From: an uncultured virus (IMG/VR IMGVR_UViG_2522572172_000008)
Lineage: Duplodnaviria > Heunggongvirae > Uroviricota > Caudoviricetes
IMG/VR virus record: IMGVR_UViG_2522572172_000008
Length of the DNA: 64,000 nucleotides
Direction: 5' to 3' (one strand)
Shown: in pieces, positions 11,351 to 23,374 of the stretch
How positions within the stretch are numbered: the first letter of the stretch is position 1
Layout: every line of letters begins with the position of its first letter
Program-made: the position numbers and the translations under genes
Notes under the pieces: model-generated
Database searches by the model: none
What the model saw: only the letters and a program-made list of their open reading frames with translations
Told to the model about the DNA's origin: nothing

Positions 11351-12055
11351 TTATTTTTCAGTTTTATAATTGTATTGCGTTGCTGTTGCTAATACTGTAC
11401 TAAATTTTGTATTGTACTTATATGTATTAGAAATTCCTGCATTAACCGTAAACTCTACATCTTTTACATTTTTATCAGCATTTAATTTTTGAACCATATC
11501 TTGAAGACCTTTTAGTTGAGCTACGATGTCTTCTTGTTTTTTATTGCCTTTGATAGAAGTGTTTACGTAGAGAAGCCCGTCTTTCATATCAGCCTTACTA
11601 ATCTTCCAATCTTTTGTTGCGTTCATGTTTTTATCCACTGTAGGAATACTGTTAAACACTAAGAATTCAAGATGCTTTTCAGTAGCAATTGTTTTATTTT
11701 TTAAACCATCTACATAGAACTCTTTTGGTACATCTCTTTTTTCTTTATTATCAAAGAAGAAAAGCTCTACATTTTTATGTGTTAAAGCTTGTACTTTATC
11801 AGTAAGGTCTTTCATATCTTCATCTTTCAATTTAGTTGAGCCAATTACGAGTTTAACATCATTTTTCGAGAACTCTTTGTTTATTACTTGATATTCTACT
11901 TTGATTAAATTATCAAAAGATACCTCTTTTAAATCTACTGGTTTTTCCTTAAATAAAAACATCACACCACCAATAATCGCACCAATTAGCAATACAACTA
12001 CACCAATCATTCCAAATAAAACCTTTTTGTTTTTTAAATCAAATAAATTACTCAA
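11351..12055 (-). CDS. Membrane-anchored hypothetical protein
   Basis: Single N-terminal TM segment. Confidence 0.65.
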   Translation of the reverse strand: MSNLFDLKNKKVLFGMIGVVVLLIGAIIGGVMFLFKEKPVDLKEVSFDNLIKVEYQVINKEFSKNDVKLVIGSTKLKDEDMKDLTDKVQALTHKNVELFFFDNKEKRDVPKEFYVDGLKNKTIATEKHLEFLVFNSIPTVDKNMNATKDWKISKADMKDGLLYVNTSIKGNKKQEDIVAQLKGLQDMVQKLNADKNVKDVEFTVNAGISNTYKYNTKFSTVLATATQYNYKTEK

Positions 12056-12185
12056 AATCCTCCATCTCCTTACTGTTTATTTTCTATCTAATTTATATTG
12101 TCGAGCGTTCAAAAGTATCTAACGGACATTATATTTCTATAAAAAGAGGAGCAGGTAGTATTCTTTATCACCTGCTCCTCTTGGT

Positions 12186-14972
12186 TTATTCACTTTGCGT
12201 ATTTGATTGCAAAGGTTGTTCTTCTACTTTCGGAAGAGTAGGTTGCACTTCAGTTTGAGATTGAGCTTGGTCTTGTGATGTATTTACCTCTTGGCCATCT
12301 TGCGGAACTATTGGATTTTCATTCACCGTATTTGGTGTTGGTTGACTCACATTTTGTTTCGCTTTATTTACTTCTTTTTCTTTTTGAGATGCTTCAATTT
12401 CTCTTTTCTTTGCATCTTCAATTCTTTTTTGCTCTGCCATCTTCTTCGCTTCTTCAACCTCTTTCAATCTTCGTTCCTCTTCCAAGCGTTTTCTTTCTTC
12501 TTCTTGTTTCCTTCTTTCTTCAGCTAACTTTTCTTGTCTGATTTTCTCTTCTAAATTAGCTTTATCTCGTGCCACTTTACGTAACGATTTATTGAATTCT
12601 ACTTTTAAATCATCGTATGCTGATTTGTGTTTCACTCTATCCAATCGTTTCCAACCATCTTCTTCTAATGTTTTAACCGCATCATATTGTGAAGGTTCTG
12701 TAGCTGAGAAATCATTAATTTGAGTGATTAACTCTTTCATGTATCGCTCTCGTTCTAACTCTTCAGATTTCGTTAGTCCATGAATAATACGATAGTCTTC
12801 AGCATCTAAACGTTCTTGTTGAGCATTTGTTTCTTTTCGAATTCGTTTTGACTCATTACGTTCACGCACATTTTGTTTTTGCTTCACAGTATATAAGCTA
12901 TTAACCAATTTACCATCTTGTACGAAAACAGTATCTGGTTTTTCAAAGTCTTTGACTTCTAAACCTTCATGAATTTGTTCCATGAACTTCCTCCAGATAT
13001 CCATTGTTGTAATACTAATAGAGTTTGATTGTTCTTGCGGTGTATCATCACCCGTATACACAGCGGTTGTATAATAAGGTGTATATCCTACAAACCAAGA
13101 ATCTTTATTGCTATCAGTTGTACCCGTTTTACCAACCGCAAACGGATAATTACTCATATTAGCTTGTTTACCTGTACCTTGGTCTCCATGAAGTACAGAA
13201 CGCATAGTATCTGTCATTAAATAAGAAGCACCTTTGTCATATACTTTTACTGTTTTTTTGTCATTTTCATAAATCACGTCATTTGTAGATAAGAATGTAA
13301 TCTTTCTAACATTTGTTGGACGAATGAATTGACCACTTCTTGCAATTGTAGAATATCCAGAAGCCATTTCTACTGTTGTAGCCCCTCTTGTTAAACCACC
13401 CACTGCAATAATTGGATTGTTATCTTGTGGTGTTAAATATTTAAATTCCATATTAGTAAGATACTGCGTTATTGTATTACCACCAAATTCAGATGCTAAT
13501 TTAAACGGTATCGTATTGATAGAGCTTTCTAAGGCATGTCTAACAGTCACTGCCCCTCTATATCCTCTGTACCAGTTTCTCGGTCCCTTAGGAACTTCAC
13601 TATCCTCAAGCACACTATCTGGTGAATAACCTCTTTCAAAGGCAGGAGTATATGCAACTAAAGGTTTCATTGTAGAACCTGGTTGTCTGGCTCCTAAATA
13701 TGCTCTATTGAAGTTATTTCCTTCTTGTGTTCTACCACCAACAATTGCAACAACTTCTCCAGTTGTATTATCTATTGTTGTTACTGCTGATTGTTTTTTA
13801 TAAATCCCAGAATTCGGGTCTTTTTCTCTGAACTTCTTCATTTCAGCATCTACAACGTTTTGAAGTTCTTCTTGTTTTTTAGGGTCAATAGATGTTTCAA
13901 TTTTAAATCCACCCATTACAATTTTCTGACGCATTTCATCATATTTTTCTTGGTACTTCTCAAAATATGCTTTTCTGTCTGCATCATCTTTGAATTGATA
14001 ACGGAAATTAAAACCATCCTCTTCCATCAACACTTTTACAGCGTTATCAATGGCATACGTAAGGGCACTTCCTTCAATCTGATTATTAATTGTATTCGGA
14101 TTTACATTTAACCCTAATTCTTCAGCCACAGCTTCCTTATACTCTTTTTCACCTATATAGCCAAGTTCTTTCATTTTAAATAAAATGATATTTCTTCTTT
14201 TCTTCGCTTTTGCAGGATTTTTTACAGGGTCATAAATACTTGGGTTATTTGGAACACCTGCGAGCATCGCTACTTCTGAAAGCTTCAAATCTTTAGCTGA
14301 CTTACTAAAATAGTATTGTGAAGCTGTTTCAATTCCATATTTACCATGACCGAAATAAATGTTATTTACATAGAATTCCATAATCTCTTTTTTAGAGTAT
14401 TTTTCTTCTAATTCTTGAGCAATTACCATCTCTTCGATTTTTCGCCACATCGTCCTATCCATTGTTAAAAAGACATTCTTTGTTAACTGTTGTGTAATCG
14501 TAGAGCCACCTTGTACGGTTCCTCCACCACTTTTAACAAACGTATATACAGAACGTAGTAAACCTTTAAAATCAATTCCTCTATGGTCATAGAAACGCTC
14601 ATCCTCAATGGAAACAAATGCTTTCTCAATAAATGGACTCATATCTTTAGAAGAAACATATGAAAATTCTTGTGCTTTTAGTTCTTTTAATATATTCCCA
14701 TCTTTATCAAGAATCTGTGTTGATTTCTTACTATTAAATGTCGAAGCATTAATTTTACTTACTTTGTCATACCCTTTTGTGATAGACTTAGCAATTTCAT
14801 CTCCATACTTATAATAGCCATACCCGAAAACACCACTTGCGCCAATGAGTGATACTAAACTTGTTCCTAAGAAGAATTTCAAGACCTTTCTTTTTTTAGA
14901 GGTCTTTTTCTTTTTCTTCTTCTGCTCCTTCACTTTCTTTATACCTCGTTCTTCTCTGGTTTCCATAAACAA
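12186..14972 (-). CDS. Class A penicillin-binding protein (transglycosylase/transpeptidase) with coiled-coil tail
   Basis: EDERFYDHRG, GGSTITQQL and RKIEE GT51 motifs; STMK, SIN and KTG transpeptidase motifs. Confidence 0.93.
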   Translation of the reverse strand: MFMETREERGIKKVKEQKKKKKKTSKKRKVLKFFLGTSLVSLIGASGVFGYGYYKYGDEIAKSITKGYDKVSKINASTFNSKKSTQILDKDGNILKELKAQEFSYVSSKDMSPFIEKAFVSIEDERFYDHRGIDFKGLLRSVYTFVKSGGGTVQGGSTITQQLTKNVFLTMDRTMWRKIEEMVIAQELEEKYSKKEIMEFYVNNIYFGHGKYGIETASQYYFSKSAKDLKLSEVAMLAGVPNNPSIYDPVKNPAKAKKRRNIILFKMKELGYIGEKEYKEAVAEELGLNVNPNTINNQIEGSALTYAIDNAVKVLMEEDGFNFRYQFKDDADRKAYFEKYQEKYDEMRQKIVMGGFKIETSIDPKKQEELQNVVDAEMKKFREKDPNSGIYKKQSAVTTIDNTTGEVVAIVGGRTQEGNNFNRAYLGARQPGSTMKPLVAYTPAFERGYSPDSVLEDSEVPKGPRNWYRGYRGAVTVRHALESSINTIPFKLASEFGGNTITQYLTNMEFKYLTPQDNNPIIAVGGLTRGATTVEMASGYSTIARSGQFIRPTNVRKITFLSTNDVIYENDKKTVKVYDKGASYLMTDTMRSVLHGDQGTGKQANMSNYPFAVGKTGTTDSNKDSWFVGYTPYYTTAVYTGDDTPQEQSNSISITTMDIWRKFMEQIHEGLEVKDFEKPDTVFVQDGKLVNSLYTVKQKQNVRERNESKRIRKETNAQQERLDAEDYRIIHGLTKSEELERERYMKELITQINDFSATEPSQYDAVKTLEEDGWKRLDRVKHKSAYDDLKVEFNKSLRKVARDKANLEEKIRQEKLAEERRKQEEERKRLEEERRLKEVEEAKKMAEQKRIEDAKKREIEASQKEKEVNKAKQNVSQPTPNTVNENPIVPQDGQEVNTSQDQAQSQTEVQPTLPKVEEQPLQSNTQSE

Positions 14973-14980
14973 CCTCCTTG

Positions 14981-16294
14981 CTAACGTTTCACAACTGGCA
15001 TAATCAGTGATTGATAATGACCATTTTGTTCATGCTGATATTCAATAATTAGAGGTTCTTTTACACAACCAATTGAGTCCGTATTATAAATTGATAAAAC
15101 TTCTTCTTTAATCCCTTTGACAATACTTTTAAAAAGACCATACTTTAGGATTGTGCAATTACTGACAAATACCACTTCTTCAGGATGAAAGATTCCGATA
15201 TTTCCAGGAAGTAATGCATTTACTTTTTCTTCTGTTAATTGCATTTTCGAAGGAGTTTCTGAATCCACTTCTATATGTTGTTCGTCTTCTACACTCTGTT
15301 CAGATTCATTCATCATCGACTCACCAAGAAATATAGTTCTTACTTTAGGTATTAAACCCTCGCAAAATTCGTCCTCTTCCTTAGGTGCATCAGGAACGAT
15401 TTCAAATGGCTCATTTAATGTAATTAGAAGATGTGTATCTTTTGTATCTTTAATCCCTTTCTCCTTGTAATAAGCATCAATATCTCCCATTCGGGACATG
15501 ACATCTTTCTTACACATAGGATATATATCTTTCGAAGTAATTAATGTCAAAATCTCTTTAACTTTTGGAAAAGCGATGGCTATTTCAATAGGTACTTTGA
15601 ACTGCATCATAGTTGTTGAAATATGGATTTCATTGTCGGATAAAAAGCATTCAATCTCTTTTGACTTATCTTCTTTTAACAGACGAATCATACGAGCCAC
15701 TACCTCTTTTTCAATATAAAAAAGAGATTTATTATCAATATTTGCACTTACAGTTTTTTGAATGACTTGATGTAAACTTGTAGCACAAAACTCAATTGAA
15801 TTATCAACATTCACTTGTAAGTAACTCGTTCCTTTTAAATAAGTTTTTTTAACAGCAACTGCACATTCGTAAATACTGTTATGTAAAACCTCTTTATTTA
15901 TAGAAAATAATTTATTACTCGAAATCGAAAAACCACTCTTTTCATACTCATTGACACGTTGAATTCTTTGAGGCTCATAAAATCCATCATCAATTTTCAG
16001 AAATTCCTCTTCAGATTCAAGCGTTAGTAGTACATTTTTCTTAAATGAAGCCTTAAAAACGCTTGTGATTTCTTCCAATGAAACTGTGATTTCCCCTGCC
16101 GTTATGACATTGGCATTGCTTACAAAGGTCATAACAGGAAAATCTTCGCTATCTCCCACAAAGACCACTTTTTCTTTTTCAGCAATCATTGTAAAAGTAC
16201 CGTACTCATCATCTTTCGATTCCTTAGAGGTCAACATTTTTTCTATCATTCCAAAAGCTTTACGTATATCATTTTTCTTTGCTTCAAAAATCAT
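14981..16294 (-). CDS. Divergent protein, possibly related to the DNA polymerase III beta clamp
   Basis: Clamp-like N-terminal pattern and C-terminal LIMPV; resemblance is weak. Confidence 0.4.
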   Translation of the reverse strand: MIFEAKKNDIRKAFGMIEKMLTSKESKDDEYGTFTMIAEKEKVVFVGDSEDFPVMTFVSNANVITAGEITVSLEEITSVFKASFKKNVLLTLESEEEFLKIDDGFYEPQRIQRVNEYEKSGFSISSNKLFSINKEVLHNSIYECAVAVKKTYLKGTSYLQVNVDNSIEFCATSLHQVIQKTVSANIDNKSLFYIEKEVVARMIRLLKEDKSKEIECFLSDNEIHISTTMMQFKVPIEIAIAFPKVKEILTLITSKDIYPMCKKDVMSRMGDIDAYYKEKGIKDTKDTHLLITLNEPFEIVPDAPKEEDEFCEGLIPKVRTIFLGESMMNESEQSVEDEQHIEVDSETPSKMQLTEEKVNALLPGNIGIFHPEEVVFVSNCTILKYGLFKSIVKGIKEEVLSIYNTDSIGCVKEPLIIEYQHEQNGHYQSLIMPVVKR

Positions 16295-16909
16295 GCGTTC
16301 ACCTTCTTTTTATTGACTATAGTAAATTATAACACATTCCATTCACTATACAAAATAATAATTAACCCTCTTTTAAAATAGTGCAATCACTTAATGGTAA
16401 CCAACCCGAATGCTCTAATTCAATATTTGTATAAATACGTACATTTCCATACGTGTCAATATCCACTACATCAAACTCTTCTCCAATATACTTGTGATAC
16501 CATATGTGTTCTACTGGAGCTTTTTTAATACGAATTCTTTTCGGAACTAATCTCAATCTGTTTTCTTTTAAACCACCATTCAAAACTGTTAATTCCACTT
16601 TCTACACCCCCTTAACGATTAAATTGTTTGTATTTAAAAATTCTCTATTGTTTGACCTTCATAGAAATCGAAATATTCTGTTGTGTAAGTTTCAAGCTCA
16701 CCCAAATCATTTTTAACTTGAATTAAGTCGCCACCTACACATTCTTTTACTACATATACTTTGTTTCGAGTTAAATGAAAGTCACTTTCGTTAGAAACTA
16801 CTAAATCAAAAGCATCTACTTGATCTCCATAACAACTGCCTCGTTTCATAAAATACTTCCTCCTTGTCTTTATAAATCGTTCATTCACTACGAATAGAAC
16901 CATTAGCTA

Positions 16910-17770
16910 TTAGTTTTTAAAAGAACACAATTCAATTGTTGAATTTAAATTTAAGAATCGTAATACCTTTTCATTCACTACTTCAAAATCAACTTCCCCT
17001 GGATAGTTATTGTTGTACCAAGTCTTTGTAGGAATATCAAAGTATACTGTTCCGTATTTTTTCTTATCATTGATATTTACGTACTGTCGCTTCATTAATT
17101 TGGTACTGGAAACTTTCTTTTCCCAATACTTTACTCGTTTCACAAAGATTTCAGGCTGAGAACTCTTCTGAACAGATTGAACTTTGATTGGTTCTTCTTC
17201 CACCTCAGGTATTTCACTTGCAAACCTGCGTTTGAGCTCTAATAAACAATAGCCAGTCGCTTCTGCATCCTCGTATGCTCTATGACGATTCTTATTCAAA
17301 TAGCCAAACGTTGTACAAAAATCATCAAGCTTATATTTTCCTTTGTTAGGACAAAAATGTTGAAATACTGCAACGCTATCTAACACTTCATTTTTTGGAT
17401 GGATACCTACTTTTTCAAAATAAAACAATAAGAATCTATTCCAATCAAACTTTGCATTATGGGCTACAACTAAAAAACCATCAATAAATTGTTGAAAAAC
17501 GGGTAACACCTGACCGTAGACTGGCTTTCCTTGAACCATATCATTTGTAATCCCTGTTAATTTTGTAATGTTCGCAGGGATTTTCATTTCAGGATTAATC
17601 AATTGACTATACTTATCTACCACTTTACCGTCAATGTATTTTACAGCACCAATTTCTGTAATGCGTCCACCCTTCACTGGAGAGAATGCAGTTGTTTCAA
17701 TATCCAATACTACAAAATTGTTACGTCCTAATAGATTAAGCATTTTTTGTGTTTCTTTTTTTGTCGCCAT
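16910..17770 (-). CDS. DEDDh 3'-5' exonuclease (Pol III epsilon/PolC exo-like)
   Basis: DIETT, HNAKFD and HRAYED motifs. Confidence 0.9.
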   Translation of the reverse strand: MATKKETQKMLNLLGRNNFVVLDIETTAFSPVKGGRITEIGAVKYIDGKVVDKYSQLINPEMKIPANITKLTGITNDMVQGKPVYGQVLPVFQQFIDGFLVVAHNAKFDWNRFLLFYFEKVGIHPKNEVLDSVAVFQHFCPNKGKYKLDDFCTTFGYLNKNRHRAYEDAEATGYCLLELKRRFASEIPEVEEEPIKVQSVQKSSQPEIFVKRVKYWEKKVSSTKLMKRQYVNINDKKKYGTVYFDIPTKTWYNNNYPGEVDFEVVNEKVLRFLNLNSTIELCSFKN

Positions 17771-17804
17771 AGTAAATAATCACCCTTTGTAAAGTTCTTT
17801 CGCA

Positions 17805-17878
17805 TTGACTATTGTCAACAAATCAATTTTACAACTTACTATAGTTAAAATCAACATTTATTTATTGACTATAGTAAA
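17805..17878. promoter_or_regulatory. Three copies of the 14-bp palindrome at exact 30-bp spacing
   Basis: TTGACTATTGTCAA 17805, CTTACTATAGTTAA 17835, TTGACTATAGTAAA 17865. Confidence 0.8.
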
Positions 17879-18249
17879 AAAACCATCGCGATTAAAATGC
17901 AATGGATTTTTATTCGTTTTAATTACTTATAATTTTTCCACATTCAGAACATTTCTCTTTCTGGATTTCTTCCGTATCAAATGGGTCATGTATTGGATGT
18001 GTTTCTTTATGAGGACAAAGGCTTTGCATCTTTTCTAATAAATGATTTTCTTTTTCGTACATTCTTGCTAACTCTTCTTGGAAGAGCCCATACTCTTCTT
18101 TCGCTTTTTCATAAGCAGTCATCTCTAAGGAATCTTTCAATTCATCGCCTTCCCACTTCCTTTTACACTTTAATAAGTCCTTCGCTGTAGATTTCTTGTT
18201 ACTTCGTAAAACACTATCTATCTTAGCTTCTCTTGCCATTTCTCTTAAT

Positions 18250-19029
18250 TTATTCATGTTTAATACACTCCTTTTTAATTTCAACAATCCTTTGACCATC
18301 CAAGCCAATTGAAATATCAATTATTAGGAAATTCACTTCATAAAGCATCTCAATTTGCTTTTCTGTATTAGGCATAGCTCTTAGACGATTTAACATACGC
18401 AACCCAAAATTCCTCGCAGATGTTGCCAGAATTGAACTACCGCCATGTAAACCCGATGTTACTGCAAGGAAATCCTCATCAGCCATTAATTCGCCAACAA
18501 TTAATCTGGATGGCTCATTAGAATCTTGCAAGAATCGTAAACTCCTCATACTAAAATCTCCGTCATCTCGAATAAGAATCTTCTTATTCTCAAAATCAAT
18601 ATTGGGCGAAATTTCAGGATAATTTTCTATTACCACTGACTTTCGTTCTGGGAATCTCTCTAATTGATACTTAAATAAAGCATTTAATAATACAGTCTTT
18701 CCCACTCCAGTAGTTCCTGTAATTACTATATTTTTATTTTCTTGAATCGCCTTTTTAATTTCTTCTATTTGTACAGATAAGAGATAATCACAACTATCAA
18801 GACTTTCCAATGAAAACGTTTCATTTTCTAATATAGAACGAATCCACTTTCCATTACGTAACGTTTTTACATATTCCTCATTCTTCATCCGTTCGTCATT
18901 ATACGTGTCTGGATTATTCAGTGCCATTTCGAGTAGCCTCGTCAATGGCTCCACACCTTCCTTCCTTAACAGTTCAATTAATCCTTGTTCTTTCGTATCC
19001 AATCTCATTACTTTTGTTTGTTCTTTCAT
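18250..19029 (-). CDS. P-loop ATPase, VirB11/CpaF secretion-ATPase-like
   Basis: GTTGVGKT, VVIENYPEI and LIVGEL motifs. Confidence 0.65.
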   Translation of the reverse strand: MKEQTKVMRLDTKEQGLIELLRKEGVEPLTRLLEMALNNPDTYNDERMKNEEYVKTLRNGKWIRSILENETFSLESLDSCDYLLSVQIEEIKKAIQENKNIVITGTTGVGKTVLLNALFKYQLERFPERKSVVIENYPEISPNIDFENKKILIRDDGDFSMRSLRFLQDSNEPSRLIVGELMADEDFLAVTSGLHGGSSILATSARNFGLRMLNRLRAMPNTEKQIEMLYEVNFLIIDISIGLDGQRIVEIKKECIKHE

Positions 19030-19210
19030 ATCAACACGCCCTTTCCTTATTTTTTATCATTAATTTGTAACTTAGTTACATTGTAACTTTTTTATTTACT
19101 ATAGTAAATAAAAATAATGTTCTATAACCGCATAATTTAAAAAATACACTTTACTGCAAGGCTTCTAAAGGCAATAAAAGAATGATAGCATTATCGCTAT
19201 CATTCTTTTA

Positions 19211-21342
19211 TTAATAGTTCCTTATAAAATTATCTAAGTATTGTCGTTGACCTTTATAATTGAAATAATACCCACTATCATTTGAATACAATCGTAATAA
19301 GAAAAATATATACTCTTCATTTACAAACTCATAACCAAACACAGAATCATTTATGCCATATACAACTTTACAAACAACAAGCCCGAATCCTGTAAAACTT
19401 AGTGCATTATATCCAAAAGATTCTTTGTTCATTTTCCCTTCTTTAAACTCTTGTATTAGTTCTTTTTTAGTCTGCATTTCTATTTACACTTCACTTTCTT
19501 TTAAGATTTTCAAGGATTTTAGTGTGTCAAAAAACTCATTTTCGTCTGATTCTGTTGCGAGAATTCCATTTCTTGATAATTGATACGCACAACGATATAC
19601 TTCAGGCAGATAAACCCCCATCTCAACCATCTTCCCCGTCATTTCAGTTACTTCTAATGTAATCGTGTCCATCAACTTACCTAATTCTGTGTACATCCGA
19701 TATGTAGCAGTGAAAGAAGCTTTTTGGATTCCATCCACTATGATGTTTTCTTGCTTCTCTTGTGTTGTTTGAACAATCACACGCTCTTTATATAGTGATT
19801 TGTTTTGTTCTCTCAATCTTCCATATAAATCTATTAATTCACTAATACCAATACTTTGATTAGACTTGCTGAATGACAAATGTGTAACTTTATTATCGAG
19901 TAAAAGTTTATGAAATTCTTCTTTTGAAATTTCTCTTATAAAACCAAATAGTCCCTGCTTCTTATAGAACTTTCCATCTTCTGACCAAGCATTGAATTTA
20001 TTAAATATTTTATTCCATTTAGTAGTTATGAACATAACTTTCACCATCCCATCACTACACAAGTTGATAAATATCCCCTACAATCTCAATTTCATCTGAT
20101 TGATAAAAACTAAGTGCCATACTTAGTGTGTTATCCTTTGCTTCTAACATAAATGAGCCCTCTTGTAGCGTTACAATAAACGGAACAGAATGCCCTTTAA
20201 CATGCATAAGATGTCCATCATAAATCTCTCGATTATACATGTCTTTTTTACCTGAAAACAAATAGAATGTCCCTTTCATTTCATATTCGTACCCACACTC
20301 ATCTCTTCGACTCATGTCAAATAAAAACAATCCATCTTCGAATGCTCTAATTTCAAAATTCTCATTGGAACATAACTCACTCCAAGAAACCATTCTATTA
20401 CTCTCTTCATCGAAATAATTGAATTTAATCATTTATAATACCCCTTTAACCAAATATCTCTTTAACTTTGTTATTTACATCCCTCACAAAATCTTCATCT
20501 GTTCCCAATAATTCATTCATCAAACTTTGAACAAATAAATGTCTGGATAGCATACCATTCATATTGTCACTTTTGTTTGTAATACGAATATATCTCTTAT
20601 CGTAAACAAATGTTCCTAATACTCTCTTTCGCTTATGTAGCCTAAACGTGATTTTATTACGTGTATCACTAACGATATAAAACCCTCGTCTCTCAAGTAT
20701 TTTCTTCATCTTATCTGCTAATTCTACGTTTGGCTTTGTGGCATTACTCGTTCTTGGTTTCTTTTTGTATAATAATTTTACGGCTACATCTTCTTCCTTT
20801 TTGCAATCACTCACAAAATCATTCCACTCATCGTAATGAACAAGAAAATGGCCACCTAACACAGGATTGTTAATTCGGTAATATTTCTCATCTTTATCAA
20901 AATATCTACCACATAATCTACATGCGTGAACTGGTCCTTCTTTTTCCCACATTTCTTTGTTCCCTATTGTATATACTGGCTCTTTAATCTGATATTTTTT
21001 GTTCTCCATCTTTTTCATCTCCTTTCGATTCATATATATTTTTTCATTCCGAAACAATTTTCGGAGTGTATCCTCTAAGAAATTAATTAAACACTTTTCA
21101 AATTCGCTATTAGCAGTGGTAAGAACTTTTATTTGATTACTCTTCATAGAAAGTAAGAATTTATATTCTTTACAAGAAAATCTAATTTCCTCATTATTTG
21201 TAGAATCAATACGAAAATCTTCGTTTCGTAATTTTTTAAGAACATCGTCCTTGTTATTCATCTTCTTCATAGGCGATTCATATGCGAATGAAGAACATAA
21301 TGTGCTTCCTGAAAAAATTGGATTTACAAGCATATCTACCAT
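19211..21342 (-). other. Four hypothetical genes, including YopX at 20055-20432
   Basis: Coupled minus-strand ORFs behind palindrome promoter 21388-21401. Confidence 0.6.
20055..20432 (-). CDS. YopX family protein
   Basis: GKKDMYNREIYDGH...IEIVGDIYQ. Confidence 0.7.
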   Translation of the reverse strand: MIKFNYFDEESNRMVSWSELCSNENFEIRAFEDGLFLFDMSRRDECGYEYEMKGTFYLFSGKKDMYNREIYDGHLMHVKGHSVPFIVTLQEGSFMLEAKDNTLSMALSFYQSDEIEIVGDIYQLV

Positions 21343-22777
21343 CTCCTTTATTCTACATATTCCTTTACAAAAACAATAACAATTTTATTAACTATAGTCA
21401 ATAATAAAAACCAGATAAATCCTTAAAACAATCTAACACCTAACAACTATTGTAAATAATATTCATTGATAACATACTATATATAGGAATCTACTAATAA
21501 AAAGGAGTGAAGCAAAATGATTAATATAGAAACTATCAAAATCTCATTAATGATAACGTTATCCATTGCTTTTGTTCATCTATCAATACATTTCTTTTTA
21601 ATGGAATTGAAAAAATGTTGGGAAGCAGATTTGATGGATTTTTTACACAAATTAGAGGAAGAAGGAGCTAAGATTGAAGCTTCTAATAAACAGTATTAAA
21701 TAACGAGATACAAACAAAACAAGAGCAAGATTCTAATCTCTCGCCCTTGTTTACTTATATACTTTGTTTTCAATGAAGTCTTTCAAAATTTTATTTTCTT
21801 TTAAATATCTGTAAGCATAATCTGTACATTGATACTCTTGTCCTAAATAATGATAGATAAACTCCATTCTCTTTATTTCAAATTCTTCAATCTCTTGAAT
21901 AGATGGTTCTTTATATAGTGGATTTGATATTGTTCTACTTGCACCAGAATCCAATACAAAAACTATATATTTATTAAATCTTCTGACTTTAGGGTTTATA
22001 TAAGGACATGCAACCTTCGCCTCCTGAACAGCTCTTTTATAGTGAGTCATTTCAATCATCCCCTTTTTGTTTTATCTTACTTATCTACCATTCAAATTAA
22101 TCCCCTTTTAGATACATATTTTTGAACTTTTTTCGAAATTAAAAATCTTGAAATTGAATATAATAATTGAATTATAAAAAACAGATAATCAAAATGATTG
22201 ATTATTAAGGAGAGGCTAACACATGAATATTAACTGGAACACAATTACTGATTTTATCAATTTATTTGATTTAAAAATCTTAGTATATGGATTAATTATA
22301 GGAGTTGTCTTTTATTTAATTAAATCTGGTATAAAACGAGTTAAAAGAATGATTCGTAAAGCGAAAAGAGAAGCGAAGAAACTCACGATACGATTAATAA
22401 TTAAAAGTTTTTTAGGTATATAGTAATAAAGATTTAAAGTATACTTACAAAATAGATATTTAAGTTGAACGAAAACATGTAGCGTAATAAATTAAAAATT
22501 CTATACAGGGGTGTTAATATGAGTGAACATAATCACATGGTTGAGAAAGATTGCACACTTCAATTTTATAAAGGAAAAGACAGAATGAGTGTAGATATAG
22601 AAGGAGGTAATATATTTGTTTTAAGAACCAAACTTGGAGATGGTATTTTATTGGAGAGCTACGATGAAATTGAAGATACGATAACACTTCTTACAAAAAT
22701 TAAGGAAACAAAGTTTACAAAAGAATGAACTTAAAAAAGTAAAAACCACCAAGCATAGTCCTTTGTGGTTTTTTATT

Positions 22778-23232
22778 TCATTTTTCAATTGATAGATACA
22801 TTTCTTTTAAACGCTTCAAAAACGGTCTAAATTCCTTATGCGGATATATATTCCTACAACTCTTCACATGTGATTCATGGCCATTTCATAGTCCCCTAAT
22901 TCATGACACACTAACCATAAACACAATACCGCTGACCTTGAAACACCCTCATAACAAGATGCAAGGACTCTTTTCCCTTGTTCTTTATATAAAAGAATCT
23001 CGTCAAAACATTGAATCCATACTTTTTCTGCAACTATCAAGTTTCCATCATCGAAAGGAACATGATGCATTGTTATACCCTGCGGAACAACAAGATTTTT
23101 AGGAAGTGTTCTATCCCATCTAAAATCATACCAAATATCTACTAACGGTATTGTTTTTCTTATATTTCCTGTCCCACCTATATAAAGCCAATCGAATACA
23201 GGTGTTATGTCATCATTGCACGGTCTTTTCAT
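22778..23232 (-). pseudogene. Dual-specificity phosphatase, frameshifted near the C-terminus
   Basis: CYEGVSRS (CX5R). ORF stops at 22864, but another frame continues HVKSCRNIYPHKEFRPFLKRL...*, resembling the DSP R-x-I-x-P-x-x-x-F tail. Confidence 0.7.
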
Positions 23233-23343
23233 TCTATCCCCCTTTTCATTTCAATGATTTTGTTAAAAACGGTTATAAATATCCCCGTTCTCTTGTAAAA
23301 GTTAAAATGATATAAGCATATATACTTTTTACTGAATTTCAAT

Positions 23344-23374
23344 TTATATAGGTTTATGTTTCGGAGGGGTTTTG
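23344..23374. repeat. 31-bp dispersed repeat, copy 1
   Basis: TTATATAGGTTTATGTTTCGGAGGGGTTTTG, identical at 55309-55339. Confidence 0.85.

Noticed and set aside
12275..14814. Plus-strand ORFs inside the PBP gene and similar antisense ORFs elsewhere
   Set aside because: Shadow frames of well-supported genes.
17805..18038. ORF with repeated TIV(N/K), and the MTIVNK starts at 42067 and 60093
   Set aside because: Translation artefacts of the TTGACTATAGT palindrome; RBS-supported starts lie downstream.
23330..23374. dif/Xer site interpretation of the 31-bp repeat
   Set aside because: No convincing 11-6-11 inverted-arm architecture.
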